Shown here piece by piece: positions 1 through 12,375 of a stretch of 60,058 nucleotides of DNA. The translations under genes were made by a program, and so were the position numbers. Position 1 is the stretch's first letter; the number at the start of each line of letters is the position of its first letter. The notes under the pieces were generated by a model. It was not told where the DNA came from, did not search any database, and worked only from the letters and a program-made list of their open reading frames with translations. This DNA is from Priapulus caudatus (Eukaryota), in assembly GCF_000485595.1 (NCBI RefSeq), contig NW_014577091.1:114835-174892 (forward strand), read 5' to 3'.

Positions 1-228
1 CTGTGCATATATAAAAAGGCTGAGTATACAGTCACCCCAGTCTTAGAATTAAATATTTAACCTATATTTTCCCTTCATACTGACACCAAAATAAGCGAAA
101 ATAAAATAAATCAGTGATAAGCAAATTCCAGCACAGGGCGATAGATCCATTGTTAACAAGGCAGCGTTGAACGTATTAAGCAGGTGACAGCGGCTCGACA
201 ATCAGTCACGTCGCGTGGGGACACGTAC

Positions 229-3200
229 CATCGACGACGGTCAGCGGGTGGTGTGTGTTGTTCGTGTGCTGCGTGAAGCACTGGATAGTGGGGCGGAAGG
301 CGGCCGCGCGCTGCAGGCTGCCGCCGCCGCCAGCGTCCACGTCCAGCTGCGTGCAGACAATCTGCTCCAGCCGCTCCCACACCGCGACGTCCGCGCTGAT
401 CGGCTCGCCCGCCCCCACCGCCGCCTCGTCTCCGTCGGCTGCAAAGCGCAAACTCGCGACGGTTATCTCGCAATTGTATGTGGATGCCCAGCACTGCCGC
501 TCCTCCTCCCCTTAGCAACGTCGTGCGTGGCGATCACGACCCCTCCTGGCTAATATTTGTATGTAAGGCAAGTGGGTTGGAGAAAGCTGGACAGCGAACT
601 ACTAAGCTGAAATATATGTCAACTGACGTGGTGACGCCCGTCCCACCAGTGGTGCAAGATCGGCCCAGTACGGGCTTGAATGTCTGCAGACTGACACCTA
701 AAGTACTAGCTACCAAGCTATAAGTGAAAATCATGAAATACTAGGTTGCTTCATTTGCAATTGAGTCAACTGGAAGACATCCATGTTTAATTATAAACTT
801 ATGTGGTACAACATATAGGAATAGCATAGACACAAGATGAAATTGTCTTTAAGATTTATTACATTTATAAATTAAAAAATGACAATCATGACTGATTACT
901 TTTATAACCTTCATGTGTCACAAATTTAAAATAGTGTTGATATTTAAGGACTATTCATGGTTAAGGACTGACTATTCATGCAATATTCGAGCAGACTTAC
1001 TTTGGCCAGCTGTAGGATGCATTGCAGTTATCAGTTTGATAGTGGTGCCATCTATGACAGGAAGAGGAAGTTGTGCGAGCATAATGCATCCTTCTTGCTC
1101 CGTCTGTGCAAGCAGTTGCTGCAAGTCGAAAACCATTCCAACCATGTAATATATTCTCAGAGGTTATATGCTGTGCTAATGAATACTGGCTACTAACAAC
1201 AACTACCCTAACAATGAGCCGGTGAAATAACATATGAAGGTCCAAACTAACACTACAGCTTTATTCCATGCTTTTCAAATAATTTTTGAAGTACTCAGCT
1301 CAGCGTGAATTATTCGACGTAAACTTTCAATAAATGCATGGCTAGAATTGCACTCTAAGTGTGAAACGATGGTCTCGACATTTCTACTTTCCTCTCATTA
1401 CTTTCTTGCTTGCTCATTGATCTCGAAACTACTCACAAACCAAGAGCACAACCCCCACCCCCCTTTTTCGAGATCAGAAAATCTGGAATAAACTCTCCAG
1501 GCTGACCACGCGCCTAGACTGGCACCGGCAGACGGCCGTCATCATCCACGAACCTTGTACACGAAGAGGTACTCGCGTACGAAGGCGTTCTGTTGCGAGG
1601 CCGTCTGCTGGCTGTCGTTGGTGAGCAGGTGCTTGAAGGCGTTCGTAGCATTCTCCAGCTGCTTCAGGTTGAACGACTGCCGCCCGATCGTGAAGTTGAT
1701 ATGGTCCTCCGCCAGGCTCCAGTGGCGCCCTCTGTAGACCTGCAGTGCCTGGCAGTAGCTCCGTAGCGCGTGCTTTCGCTGTAACGATCGTGGTGCTGTT
1801 TATCCGCATTGTTTAGGAACAAGCGTGAAAACAACGCGCTTTTCACGATACCAAGTTGAATCTGTTTTTTGACAGGAAAGGGTGAAAAATGACATTTAAC
1901 TCATTTTCTTTGATGGAGAGGTGAAATTATTTATTTTTATGCCATACGAAATTTACTCGTTATTTTGTAAGAATAGGGGGCAATGTTAATTATTAGGATA
2001 CCACTGAATTCTTTTTAATTCATAGGACGAGGGAAAACAAAAAACTTATTATTAAGATACCACAGAATGTTTTCCCATTTCTCTAGCAGGAGTAAACCGA
2101 CTTCTATTCAGATTAAACACAAACAACATACCTGACCAACTTTGCTGAACCTGTGACCGGCTAGTATCATGTGGAATGCATATTTTCTCACCATGGGCTT
2201 CGGCATGTGGATGAAGCAGTAGGCGGCCTGCTCTAGCAACAAGCCACTGCGCAGGTCCGAATCCTAGAGATGTAACCGCATACAACTCTAATCATTCATT
2301 ATTCCTGCGAGTCCCCTCGCATCCCAGGCCATTAGAACCAAAGTTCCAAGTGCTAACTATAAGGCCACGGCTCCTACTAAACCACTTCAATGCAACGAGT
2401 AATTATTTAATAAATTAAAATGGAATAATTTAATAGTAAGTATTAACATACAGGGAGTCCCCAATGGATTACAAACACATTTGGTTCCAGAATTACATTA
2501 ATAATTCAGTTTTTTGGAAGTCGAGTATACATTACAAGAAACTCAGTTGTGGTTACGTTGTTATGTGGGCGTGTTGTGGTTGTTAGGTGGCACTAATGAA
2601 TGTTAACGTAAACAATAAAGCATTTATTGTTCATATTCAGATTCATAAGTTAGATGTTCATGAACTCTGGGGACGTTTGGTACTTATGTTTATTATCTAA
2701 TAGTAGCTGTTGATGTCATCCATGAGTTGTGATCAATAGCTATCATGGGAAACAAGGGTAGTTACCTCACTTGTCATCTTTATCAAATTAATTGCAGCGT
2801 CGCTGTAGTTACTAGTGTATTTTAACACTTCTGTAGAAAACATCGTCGCTCTTGTTGCATACTCTGGTAATCTGCAGAAATAGCACATAATTAGAGGCCT
2901 AAGCTATGTAACATATTATCAACAGACGAAGTTAACCAGATTTAACACAGATTAAACCTTGATTATCCGAACAAGACGGGCAGGGAGTATTTTGTTCTGC
3001 TAACTGATTGTTCGGATAACTGATGGTCTAGTCACTCTAGTGGCTTATTAAATATTCACGGGACCTTGAGATTTTGTTCGGATAATCCGAAATTCGGATA
3101 ATTGATGCTCGGATAACCGAGGTTTGATTGTATATATATTATCTATGCTATTTTTACATGGTTGCCACAATGCTACCAGCATTTTCTATGCTATGATGAT

Positions 3201-6200
3201 CCTAGTTGACTAAACACAAAGACCCTTCCGATAATCAGTGGTAAAACCACATGTATTAGGAGGATCAGATATCTGTTGAGAGCTAACACAAAAACACATT
3301 TCCACAAGTTACATTTCAATATACCTACTTGCAGGTAGACAGGTATGTGGAAATTGCAGTCTCCATGTAGTGGTTTGGATACTGTCTCTGGGAATTTACA
3401 CCCTGCATGAACACAGAGAGTGCTGCCATCTCCTGCGAACAAACACAATTAATTAGGCACAGACAACTAACAGATTTTCACTAATAAGACTACGAAACAC
3501 TCAAACAGGTGCACAAGACTATGGAAAGAGAAACACATGCACCCACATACTCAACATGCATGCAAAAAAAAAATCCAACATCCTGATAGCAAACATACTT
3601 TTACAATAATTAAACAAGTGCCGCGGAGCGACAGCGCTCATCTAACGTCTACTGCGGTGACTCTGTGGTGGAGTGGTGGGATTCTAGTAAACCCTGTTAG
3701 TCCCAAATGTGTTCACATAACACCCGAAACAGTGGAAATGCACAGGGATGGTCATCAGAACCTTCTCCAAAGGAATGTTACGTTGGATCGTTATGAAAGT
3801 TTGACCACGACGGTATGGGCGTCGTACGTTTAAGTGTCTTCAGATTAAAGATGGAAGGCTCCATCGTACGTCATGATAGCAACGAACATTTGCAAGACAG
3901 AATAGTAAGCACTCATCCATTTACCTATTGCAAAGCTACAGGCTGCAAAAGAAGCTGGCACCTGGTAACCGAAAATTAACGCAGGCAAGAACTACACAGT
4001 ACCACCACCACAATGCCTGCACTGGCAGTGGCATACGTTACATGTAACATACTGACAGTACAGAATGCCATAGAATATATACGATTTAAGAAGCATAAAC
4101 CTTCTTCAAACCATAATAGCTTTTGAAATTTCACTGTGACATTGTAGCCTCATACATCCAGGCATGTATAGATTCACTAGCAAACCCGGCAGTTAAATTC
4201 TTTCTAACAGTAGGCCCTAAAAAATCCATGTTTAACCCTCCTCTTGAGGGTCAAAAGGTTATCCGACACTTCTCTTTCGCATGTCAGCAGACGGTACATT
4301 CATGGTCCTTCAATAAAACCATAAAAATGCTAGGTCACCGCTGAAACAAAAAAGTTTTTCAATCGCTCCGTCAGACCATGTCCTCAGAAAATATCTAAAA
4401 TATCTGCCCTGTGCCCATTGACCTTTTGACCGTGACTCTCACAATTTCGGCATCATGATGGCTTTTCCTACCATGATGCTATACACCGACTATCACGAGC
4501 CTAGGTCGAGCCGTTTAGATTTGTGCCGCAATTCTGCATTTCCTCCTATACTTAAGTTAAGGAGTGAATGTTCCCCCTTATTTTACACCTCTTGACCTTT
4601 GACCTTTGACCCCCCAGCTTCGACATCCCAACTCATTTTGACAATCCCCCCGATGTGCCAAATATCGTGACCGTACGTCGAGCGGTTAAGATTTGTGCCT
4701 CAACATGTTGACGGACCAGACGGACGGACAATCATGCGATTCTACAAGCTGCATCTGACTATGTCAGATGAGCTAAAAATGATGCAGTGCAAACAAACCC
4801 TGAATCACAATTGCATTCTCGCGCTCAAACTCACCAGCGAGCCGGCAAAGTGTGGCCACGCGTGGTCCGTGCTAAAATCTCGTTTGGCTGTATGGTAGGA
4901 CTGATATGCGAGCTCATACATTTGGAACATGAAGCAGAGGTCTGCCAACCGCCTGACCTGCAATTCCGGCGATTCCGATCCATAGCTACAAGTAAATGTA
5001 AAAGGTTAACACTGATAGGAACAATATCTAATTAATGAGCACAATGTTCACACTCATGGAAACAATATAAACGAATGGACAACTACATGATTTGTGCTGA
5101 GAGGAACAATATGAGTTGGTTAAGTACATAGTTTGCGGTAATAGGAACATTGTGTGATGAACGTGTACATAGTTTGTTCTGCCGGGAACAGTGCCTGATG
5201 ACAAGTAACTATAAAACTTGCACTGATACAAGCAATGCCTGACTACAGAACAGCAAAAGGTTTGTGCTTATGTTACATAAAAGCTTCACGATAATATTCA
5301 TCTATTATACAACTACTGAAGGAAACACTTACGACAGTAATGTGTTTTGAAGGTTCAAGCCTTGCGTGACTGGCTTGCTACCCCCAAACCACTTCTTGGT
5401 GGCACTGAAGAGCGAACGGTGAATTCCTTTTCGGGACATCAACTATAAAATGAGCGAGAACGACTGATAAAACGAACAAGCAATGCCTACAGATAACGAA
5501 AGATGAACACAAAGGATGTTATAAAAAATAAAAAATAAAATATTAAGAAATATTAATAATAAATAATAATAAATATATTAAAATGTTAATTAACAAATTA
5601 AATATAAGGATGAGCATGCTAACATTGCAGCACACTCGATGATATATGATTCATGATCCTGAGATCTCACAATGGTGAGTGTGGGACAAAAAATATATAA
5701 CTTCTCTTAAAATATAGTTTACTTTTGCTTCAAATGCCTTTTCATTCACTACTGAGCAGAAGTGAAGTAACATCTGCATTAAAACTGTCACTATTGCACG
5801 TATAGTTGACACCGAATCGTACCTGGTCATTAAGTGTTCGTATCTGTCTCTCCACATAAGGCAGCAGACCACGAACGCAAAACTCGTGCACGAAGATCCG
5901 TAGTCTATCGTGGTCACTCAAGGTCAGACAGATGCCGTGTGGCATGTGTTTCCTCTTCTCTATGCTCGTGTGTAGCGTGGCTGTGACAGTGAATCAACAT
6001 ATGCTTTTCTAGATGCAAAAAACTCTGCTTTCATATACATGGTTTTTTATTAAGGAAGAACTACTTCTTTTCTTTCAGAAGAGAAACAGCCTAAACCGCC
6101 TTTGCCCGTAGCAATTTTGTTTTCCAAGTAAAGTTATTAAAAAGCTACATGACATCTATTTATAGTCAAAGGTTCACAAACTTGCTCACATTAGAGGGTA

Positions 6201-9200
6201 CCTTTGGAACAATTACAGGTGGTACCAGTAAAATAGTGAGTAAATAGATCATAAAAATGGTTTCCATTTTCAACTTTCCTATTGGAAAACTATGTATTTA
6301 CTTAAGGATACTCTCAAGGTTTTAGGAAAATTTTTACCGATTTTTCATTTTCAACTTTATTTGATGGCTAACACTATGTGCCACCTTCGTACATGCTCAT
6401 TTCTCCATATAACGGTACATGTGAACTGTCAGAGCGTTTTGCTTGCCCTCGTACATGTGTAGTGAGCCGCGGCTGACGTCAGAAAAACGCTGATTTCTCC
6501 GTTCCAATTTCTGATTTAGTAGTCGATGTATAAATGGATATTTCTCTGTGATTACAACTCGGAATAATTTAATTTTACACTCGTTTTAATGGTAACATAT
6601 TGCTGTAAAAAAGAGCGTCAGGGATTGTTATTAAGTGCCGTATTTTATGAGTTATGTCTCTTTATTCGCAAAGATTATAAATTCAAACGTGCGACTTGAA
6701 TTTTAGGCATTTTTTTACAATTTTTCTCGGTAAATATGAAACTTAAAGAAGAATCCTGATGCACTATTTTGGTACATATTGTGCTTAACATGTGGCGAAA
6801 ATTTTGTATCCTCACTCTTTCTGGTAATTGAGAAATATCCAAAATACCATTTTTACATAAAAATTCAAAATTTTTGTGGTAACATAATTTGGTGCTGGAA
6901 ATTTCATGAAATTTTTGGCCTTGAGCATAAAGATATATCTCCTCTATAAATAAAACAAGTGATTGATTCGATTCACTCGTCAATAAACGTTTAATCTTCA
7001 TTAGAGCAATACCCGTGCAAAAGGTTGAGAGTATCCTTAAGATTTTCTAGCAGCTAATCTGCTTGTTCTAGAAGAGTTTAAATATGTTGAGTTTGACCCC
7101 CTGATACACATATTAATGATAATAATTAATTAATGGCTACTAAACCAAGTCTGTACATTCAACGATGAATTAAGGAATAGGTTTAGATAAATGCATTCTA
7201 GTCTAAAAAAACACGATGCAGTGTATACTCATTACCAAGAGGGTCTTCAAACAGTGGGTCATTATTGACATGGTTCTGCAATGGTGCATGCTTTTTGTGA
7301 AGGTCACCACCAGGTGGCTCCTCATTGTCAGGCAATAATGGATGGTCTACTATCTCCTCCACTGGGTTGGTGGATGACAATGAGGATTCTGAGATAATAT
7401 GCACAATAGTATCTAAGAGATGATTTATCAACAATATAATATATGCCTTGACCTGATTCCCATCATCATATACTAAAAATCCTGCCATGACACTAATAGA
7501 CCCCACCCCGTACAGACTGCAAAATTTTATATGGTATTAAACTAGCGCGCGCCAGGCCCGGGCCTGACGCCCGCCAAATTGTAGCGTATTTGATCCTACA
7601 TTAAATGAGTCATCAGTTCTCTGTTTAGCTCGTCACGTCACCCCGCAGACAGCGAGGTACAGCGAGCGTAGAATTACGTGACCTAAATAAGGCTATGCGC
7701 ATGCGTATTGTGATTTAGCACCGGGTCTGGCCTGCTTGTTGCGTACAGACAGACACACAAGCGGGCTATCTTATCCCGGGCTAAGTTATCCCAGGCCTGG
7801 CCCTCCATCATTTGCGGGGCCAAATTGGAGCGGGCCAGCGCGTATTTGGAGCGGGATAGCGTGTACACACTGCAAAATTTGGCGCGGGCCTTGCGCGTGC
7901 TAGTTTAATTCCATATAAAATTCATAGTCTGAATGGGGTATACAGGTGTTACCTGCCACTGATTTCTATGTCCCCATTACAGAATAAATGTCTGCATTTT
8001 TATTTTTTAACTTGGTGCTCATTTTTAAACTTCATTTAGGGGATCTAAGGTTTCGATTTCAAGATCTGTTATTATTTAAATAAATTTTTTGTGATAACTT
8101 TTTTTTAAATAATTTAAATAAATATGGTTAGCCTGAACTATTATGCTATTTCTTTTCCTTTAATAGCTTGTGTAATAAAACAAAAGTAACAATAAATACT
8201 AATTAATAACACATGCTATCACCAATTAGTGGCGCTAGTAATTCTTCTAGTAATCTTGAGTTTTCTGGGGGGCTATTTGACGTCGACTGGAATTTCTGGG
8301 ATTTTTTTTCTTTCAGAGCGATAACGCAGCGCTGCACTCACCCGATCCTTCTGTCGCTTCGGACGCATTCTCGACGAAGCTGCTCTCGCTAATGAGCACG
8401 CCGTCTGATTGGCTGGGAGACAAACTCGCCTCCATGACGGAGTTGGGAAACGTTGCCTGACCGTCGGTCGTGAGCTCCAGCGGCAAGCACTGAGCGGGAG
8501 GCTCCGGAAGTGACGGTGCCTCGTCGTCCGGGGAGGAATCCTGCAGCGCAATGTGACATTGGCATGTGACGGAAAATCACCAGCTGCCCCGCACGCATTA
8601 ATCAACGTTCGGACCTAACGATGGATACATTCAGCAGGTTTGCTTACAGCTGTATCCTTGCTCAGATTACTGCTACTTCATAATTTAATGTTTTGGTGCT
8701 ATGAAATAACTCTGATTATCGTAGTTTTTTTGCACTCTTGTTTCGTTATGGTGAAAGAACTCTTATATCATTGTTTCGATTATCATTGTTTCACACTATC
8801 ACTGTTGGGCTACTGGACTTCGCATGACTCGCATTTCACCATTCTATCGTACTAAATGTTTTTGGATGTTTTTTTCCTGTGCATTTTACATGCTTATGTC
8901 ATTAATGTTTGCAATTTAGCGGTAGCCATCTTGCATTTCTCTCAGTTAACACCAGTAGCGTATCAGTTAAGAACAACATTTGAATAGGAAAGGAATGTAA
9001 CATGTGTGAAAAGATGTGTCTTTCCGTCGGAATTCGTTACTGTGCGGGATTTGGGGGTGGGTGGAGTGGGGGGGTTACATACCACAATGTTAAACTTCCT
9101 GCCTAGAAACTGGCTCCAGGGGTCAGGCATTATGTCTGAGCTATACTGGGCTGTTCTCTGGTCACAAGAGTTGATCTGTAGCAAGTGGCACGCGTGCGCA

Positions 9201-11893
9201 CCGTACGTCGACTTCATGCTCTGGTACACTGCCTCAGCCCTGTGTGAACACCACAGACGCAGACACAAAATAAATGTTATTGAATTATATTACCGTTAGA
9301 AAAACAACAACACGTATTACATGAATGTGTCTTGGTACGTTTTCACGTGTTCAATAAATCCAGGCTGATGGTAACATAGGTAAAGATCCGACTAAACCTC
9401 AATCAGCATGAATATTTTGAAAGCACGATTTCTAAACGTTACTTAGTAGAGAAGCTCTACTACTTTTTACACAATACTTTAATAGTGGAATTTAATAAGC
9501 ACCATGTCCCATCACATTATATTCCAAAGCCTTGACCTTTTCACCTGAAAACCTCATCACAATGAAAGTATTGAATAAGGTTATGACAGCGCACGTACTT
9601 CGACTCCTCTCCATCTGTGACATCGTGTAGAAGAACATAATACTTGAATATATTTGGGGAGAACCACTTGGGCAGTTTCTTCGGGGTCTGGTGCTGCTGT
9701 TGGTGTTGCTGCTGATTTAACTTATGAAATATGTCCAATGGCTCTGCATGGTTGGTGGACACGACAAAAATACCTGACAGCTCATTAAGGTAAAAATGCA
9801 TAAAAACTACAACTTTAGATCCAGTTGCCAACAAATTTCATTGATCAATGTCATAAACCTTTTTATCGATATCTCACTCACATAGCAGCACATATTCAGT
9901 GTAATACTCGAATAGCATTCCTGACCACTAGACCGCATGGTTCTACTACAGACTACTACATTAATGAGTAGTTGATTGCATTATCAGAACGAGATCCGTC
10001 GCTTAAAATCTCTTGATGCTGTAAACGTGTATGATGCAAATTTCATTTCATGGGAAACTTAAATGCAATTTCACAGAAAGGATACATGCAACATAATGCC
10101 TCAAGAACTCATGCTCAGCAGGTGGTAGAACCTGTAGAAAATCTTCCCTGTACTGTTCATACCACGGCGTTGAAGCTGCAATAAATATGTATACAAACAA
10201 GATATATTGAAAATAATAAATGTGGACAGGTGATCATAACAAGCTTGATATTTTAACTTATCACTCAGTGCGTATACATCGATTTTTTAGGTATTTTAAC
10301 AAATGAAAAGTGTGGCTGTATTATTACCAACTGGTATTGCTGTAACTTCCCACGAGATACCAGTATACATCATTCTACAAGAATATTGAATTATATATCA
10401 TAGAGGTGTACTGTGGAAAACTTTGCTTGCAGATTCTACATCATATGAATCAATACATGAGGTGAAACGGCTAGACTTTCCTCAGCATATTTTGGGATTA
10501 CTCACTAGCAATGTGAAGATTGTATTCGCCTGTCATCACAGCACTTGTGTCACCAGGTGTAGGTTGACAACTGCTAACTACTTCACTCAGCATCTTTTTA
10601 GCAAGTAGTGGCTGTGGCGGCAATGAGTCAAACTCCTTCATAATCACTTTCAGGTTGTGTATTGCATGCGATAAGTTGCTGGGATCTCGAATGTGAACTG
10701 GAAACATCACCAAATGGATTCATTTACTTAGTAATACTAATAGTAGTAATACTAATAGTAATAGTATGGATTTATGCAGTGATAAGTCTTTAATATTAAT
10801 ACATGAAAAATTAATCCATAAAACGTGATATAAATGCCAGCTGCTATAACTTCATGATGCATGAATAACACTAGCTACCTGGCAGTACCACTAATATATC
10901 AATCAGCGGCGATCACACTGACAGGGACTCAAGTTGGCTTATTCAGTTATATTGTCAGTCACAGCCACTGAGTGAGTGAGTCAGTATTATTAAAGGAATA
11001 ATAGGGCCATTGATTATGCAATGTTGACGAATGCTAGAGTAACTGGCACCTTGTGTAGTTAATAAGTACATTACCTTATAGCCAAACACGTATTAGTTTG
11101 TCCAATATCACTGCTGGTTACTAAGAAATGTCTAATTGAAAATCCGCAGTCCAAGAAATCAGTTGACTAAGTTGTTTACAGTTTCCATGCAGTTTCAAAC
11201 CGCTGGGTGTGATACAGATTTATAGTGCACCGGACATTTTCGCACGCATGCTCGGCCGTACGCAATGCTATCATCAGTGATTTCGTAAACACGGACGCTC
11301 GTGATAAGGAACTTTGTTTAGTCCGTGGCCGTGGTTACACCGCTGACACCTCCATTTCATCTGGCGTCCCGGTCCAAAACATATGGGCCGCACAAATGTT
11401 TACGTCATCGGCAACTTATCGCTTGACTCCTGGATGACATTTACGGCACGTAAATGAATATCAACAACCGATTTCAAGTCTTGCTTGTAATGTAACCAGC
11501 AGTGATATTGGACAAACTAATACGCATTAGGCTATAATGTTACGTACTTATTAACTACACAAGGTGCCAGTTACTCTAGCATTCGTCAACATTGCATAAT
11601 CTGTCAATGGACCTATTAAGTATTATTCCTTTAACTCAACTTTAAGTGACGATTATAACAAATTATTAGTGCTAATAGCAATGCTTATCTTCACGGGAAT
11701 TGTTAATAGATTTCACTGAACAACAGCGGGGGATACCTTCTGATGTCAATCGACAGAACGGCTGAACAAGCTCAATAAAGCAAAGGTTATTCTTCTGACA
11801 CACTGACTCAGCATCGTTGCTGCAAAGCACTGCGACCATTGGACTGTACGTGCTCTGAATAAACTCATGAACACTTTGCTTGCAATCTGCCAT
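229..11893 (-). CDS. TRAPPC8: Trafficking protein particle complex subunit 8 (Trs85 orthologue), first 16 coding exons; gene continues beyond the window start
   Basis: Exons (minus), all GT-AG and phase-consistent: 11737-11893, 10506-10697, 10086-10175, 9599-9773, 9083-9239, 8342-8540, 7236-7388, 5823-5980, 5333-5442, 4835-4985, 3329-3432, 2766-2871, 2132-2263, 1554-1778, 1001-1118, 229-438. Translation includes MADCKQSVHEFIQSTYSPMVAVLCS, HEFLRHYVACIFVVS, PELQVRRLADLCF, DSDLRSGLLLEQAAYCF..RKYAFHMILAGHRFSK and WSLAEDHINFTIGRQS, which I recognise as TRAPPC8 motifs. Confidence 0.95.
2948..3130. mobile_element. Tc1/mariner (pogo-like) MITE
   Basis: Imperfect terminal inverted repeats (TIRs) CAGATTAAACCTTGATTATCCGA / TCGGATAACCGAGGTTTGATTG, internal TTCGGATAA repeats, TA on the right flank. 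Confidence 0.65.
3613..4779 (+). mobile_element. Non-autonomous Helentron/DINE-1-like (HINE) element
   Basis: Begins AACAAGTGCCGC; contains TGACCTTTGACC motifs and a GACG/GACA microsatellite; ends in the stem-loop AGCTGCATCTGAC-TAT-GTCAGATGAGCT plus an A-run. Related copies at 12782-13211 (reverse) and 29748-30560. The family assignment is structural inference. Confidence 0.6.
6306..7036. mobile_element. Non-autonomous TTAA-targeting DNA transposon (Kolobok-like termini)
   Basis: 12-bp TIR GGATACTCTCAA/TTGAGAGTATCC, with TTAA on both sides (6302-6305, 7037-7040). Confidence 0.75.
7505..7939. mobile_element. MITE with ~45-bp imperfect TIRs (PIF/Harbinger-like)
   Basis: Left end ACCCCGTACAGACTGCAAAATTTTATATGGTATTAAACTAGCGCGC versus reverse complement of the right end ACCCCATTCAGACTATGAATTTTATATGGAATTAAACTAGCACGCGC; GC-rich interior; TSD not clear. 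Confidence 0.65.
9774..10085 (-). other. U12-type (minor spliceosome) GT-AG intron, TRAPPC8 intron 3
   Basis: Donor GTATCCTTTC; branch site TTACCTTAAT about 10-19 nt before the terminal AG; no polypyrimidine tract; phase 1 (Cys T|GT). Confidence 0.9.
10994..11630. mobile_element. Fold-back non-autonomous element, TTAA TSD, long TIRs (Kolobok-like), copy 1
   Basis: TTAA|AGGAATAAT...ATTATTCCT|TTAA with inverted arms of about 125 bp. Same family as 26987-27628 and 35613-36257, which are in the opposite internal orientation. Confidence 0.8.
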
Positions 11894-12375
11894 TTTAACG
11901 GATGTTCCTATAATGACTTTAACACACTAGTAGACAAACTCCATCCACCAGCTATTCCAAATCAGCGAGGAATAGCCGTACTGCTAATAATGCCAAAACT
12001 CCCACCAAAAACGCCATATTGTGTTGAAGTTTGGTGGCAATGTGCACAAGGTCGCTTCCTGTTAGAACTTTTCAGCTGTCACTCAACTCACTTTGATGCA
12101 TAGCTTATAATCAGTAAGTTTAGCAATAAATTTAGAACATATATTATGATTCGTATATATTATTTTTGCATTATTTATTGCATTGGTTGGCTTCAGCAAT
12201 TCAAAAATACTCATGCTAAGCGTAACTAACTCTGCCAAAAGATGGCGCCACAAACACAAAACTTAGAACAGATGATGTCATATCCTGTTAATCGGAAATC
12301 CCATAACAAAACCAAATTTCAATCTATTTTTGTTGTTATATACTCTTATATTGAAATCTGCAGTTGCGAAAGTAA
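11894..12375. promoter_or_regulatory. Divergent (bidirectional) promoter region TRAPPC8/CHMP1A, 482 bp between ATGs
   Basis: Head-to-head start codons. ETS-like GCTTCCTGT at ~12054-12062; YY1-like AAGATGGCG at 12239-12247. Confidence 0.6.

Noticed and set aside
2305..2374. tRNA-like head on the minus strand (GGAGCCGTGGCCTTATAGTTAGCAC)
   Set aside because: No B box or cloverleaf; at most a decayed SINE head, not a tRNA gene.
10698..11736. TRAPPC8 intron 1 donor GTATCCCC resembling a U12 site
   Set aside because: Lacks TT at +7/+8 and has no CCTTAAC-like branch site near the acceptor; treated as U2-type.
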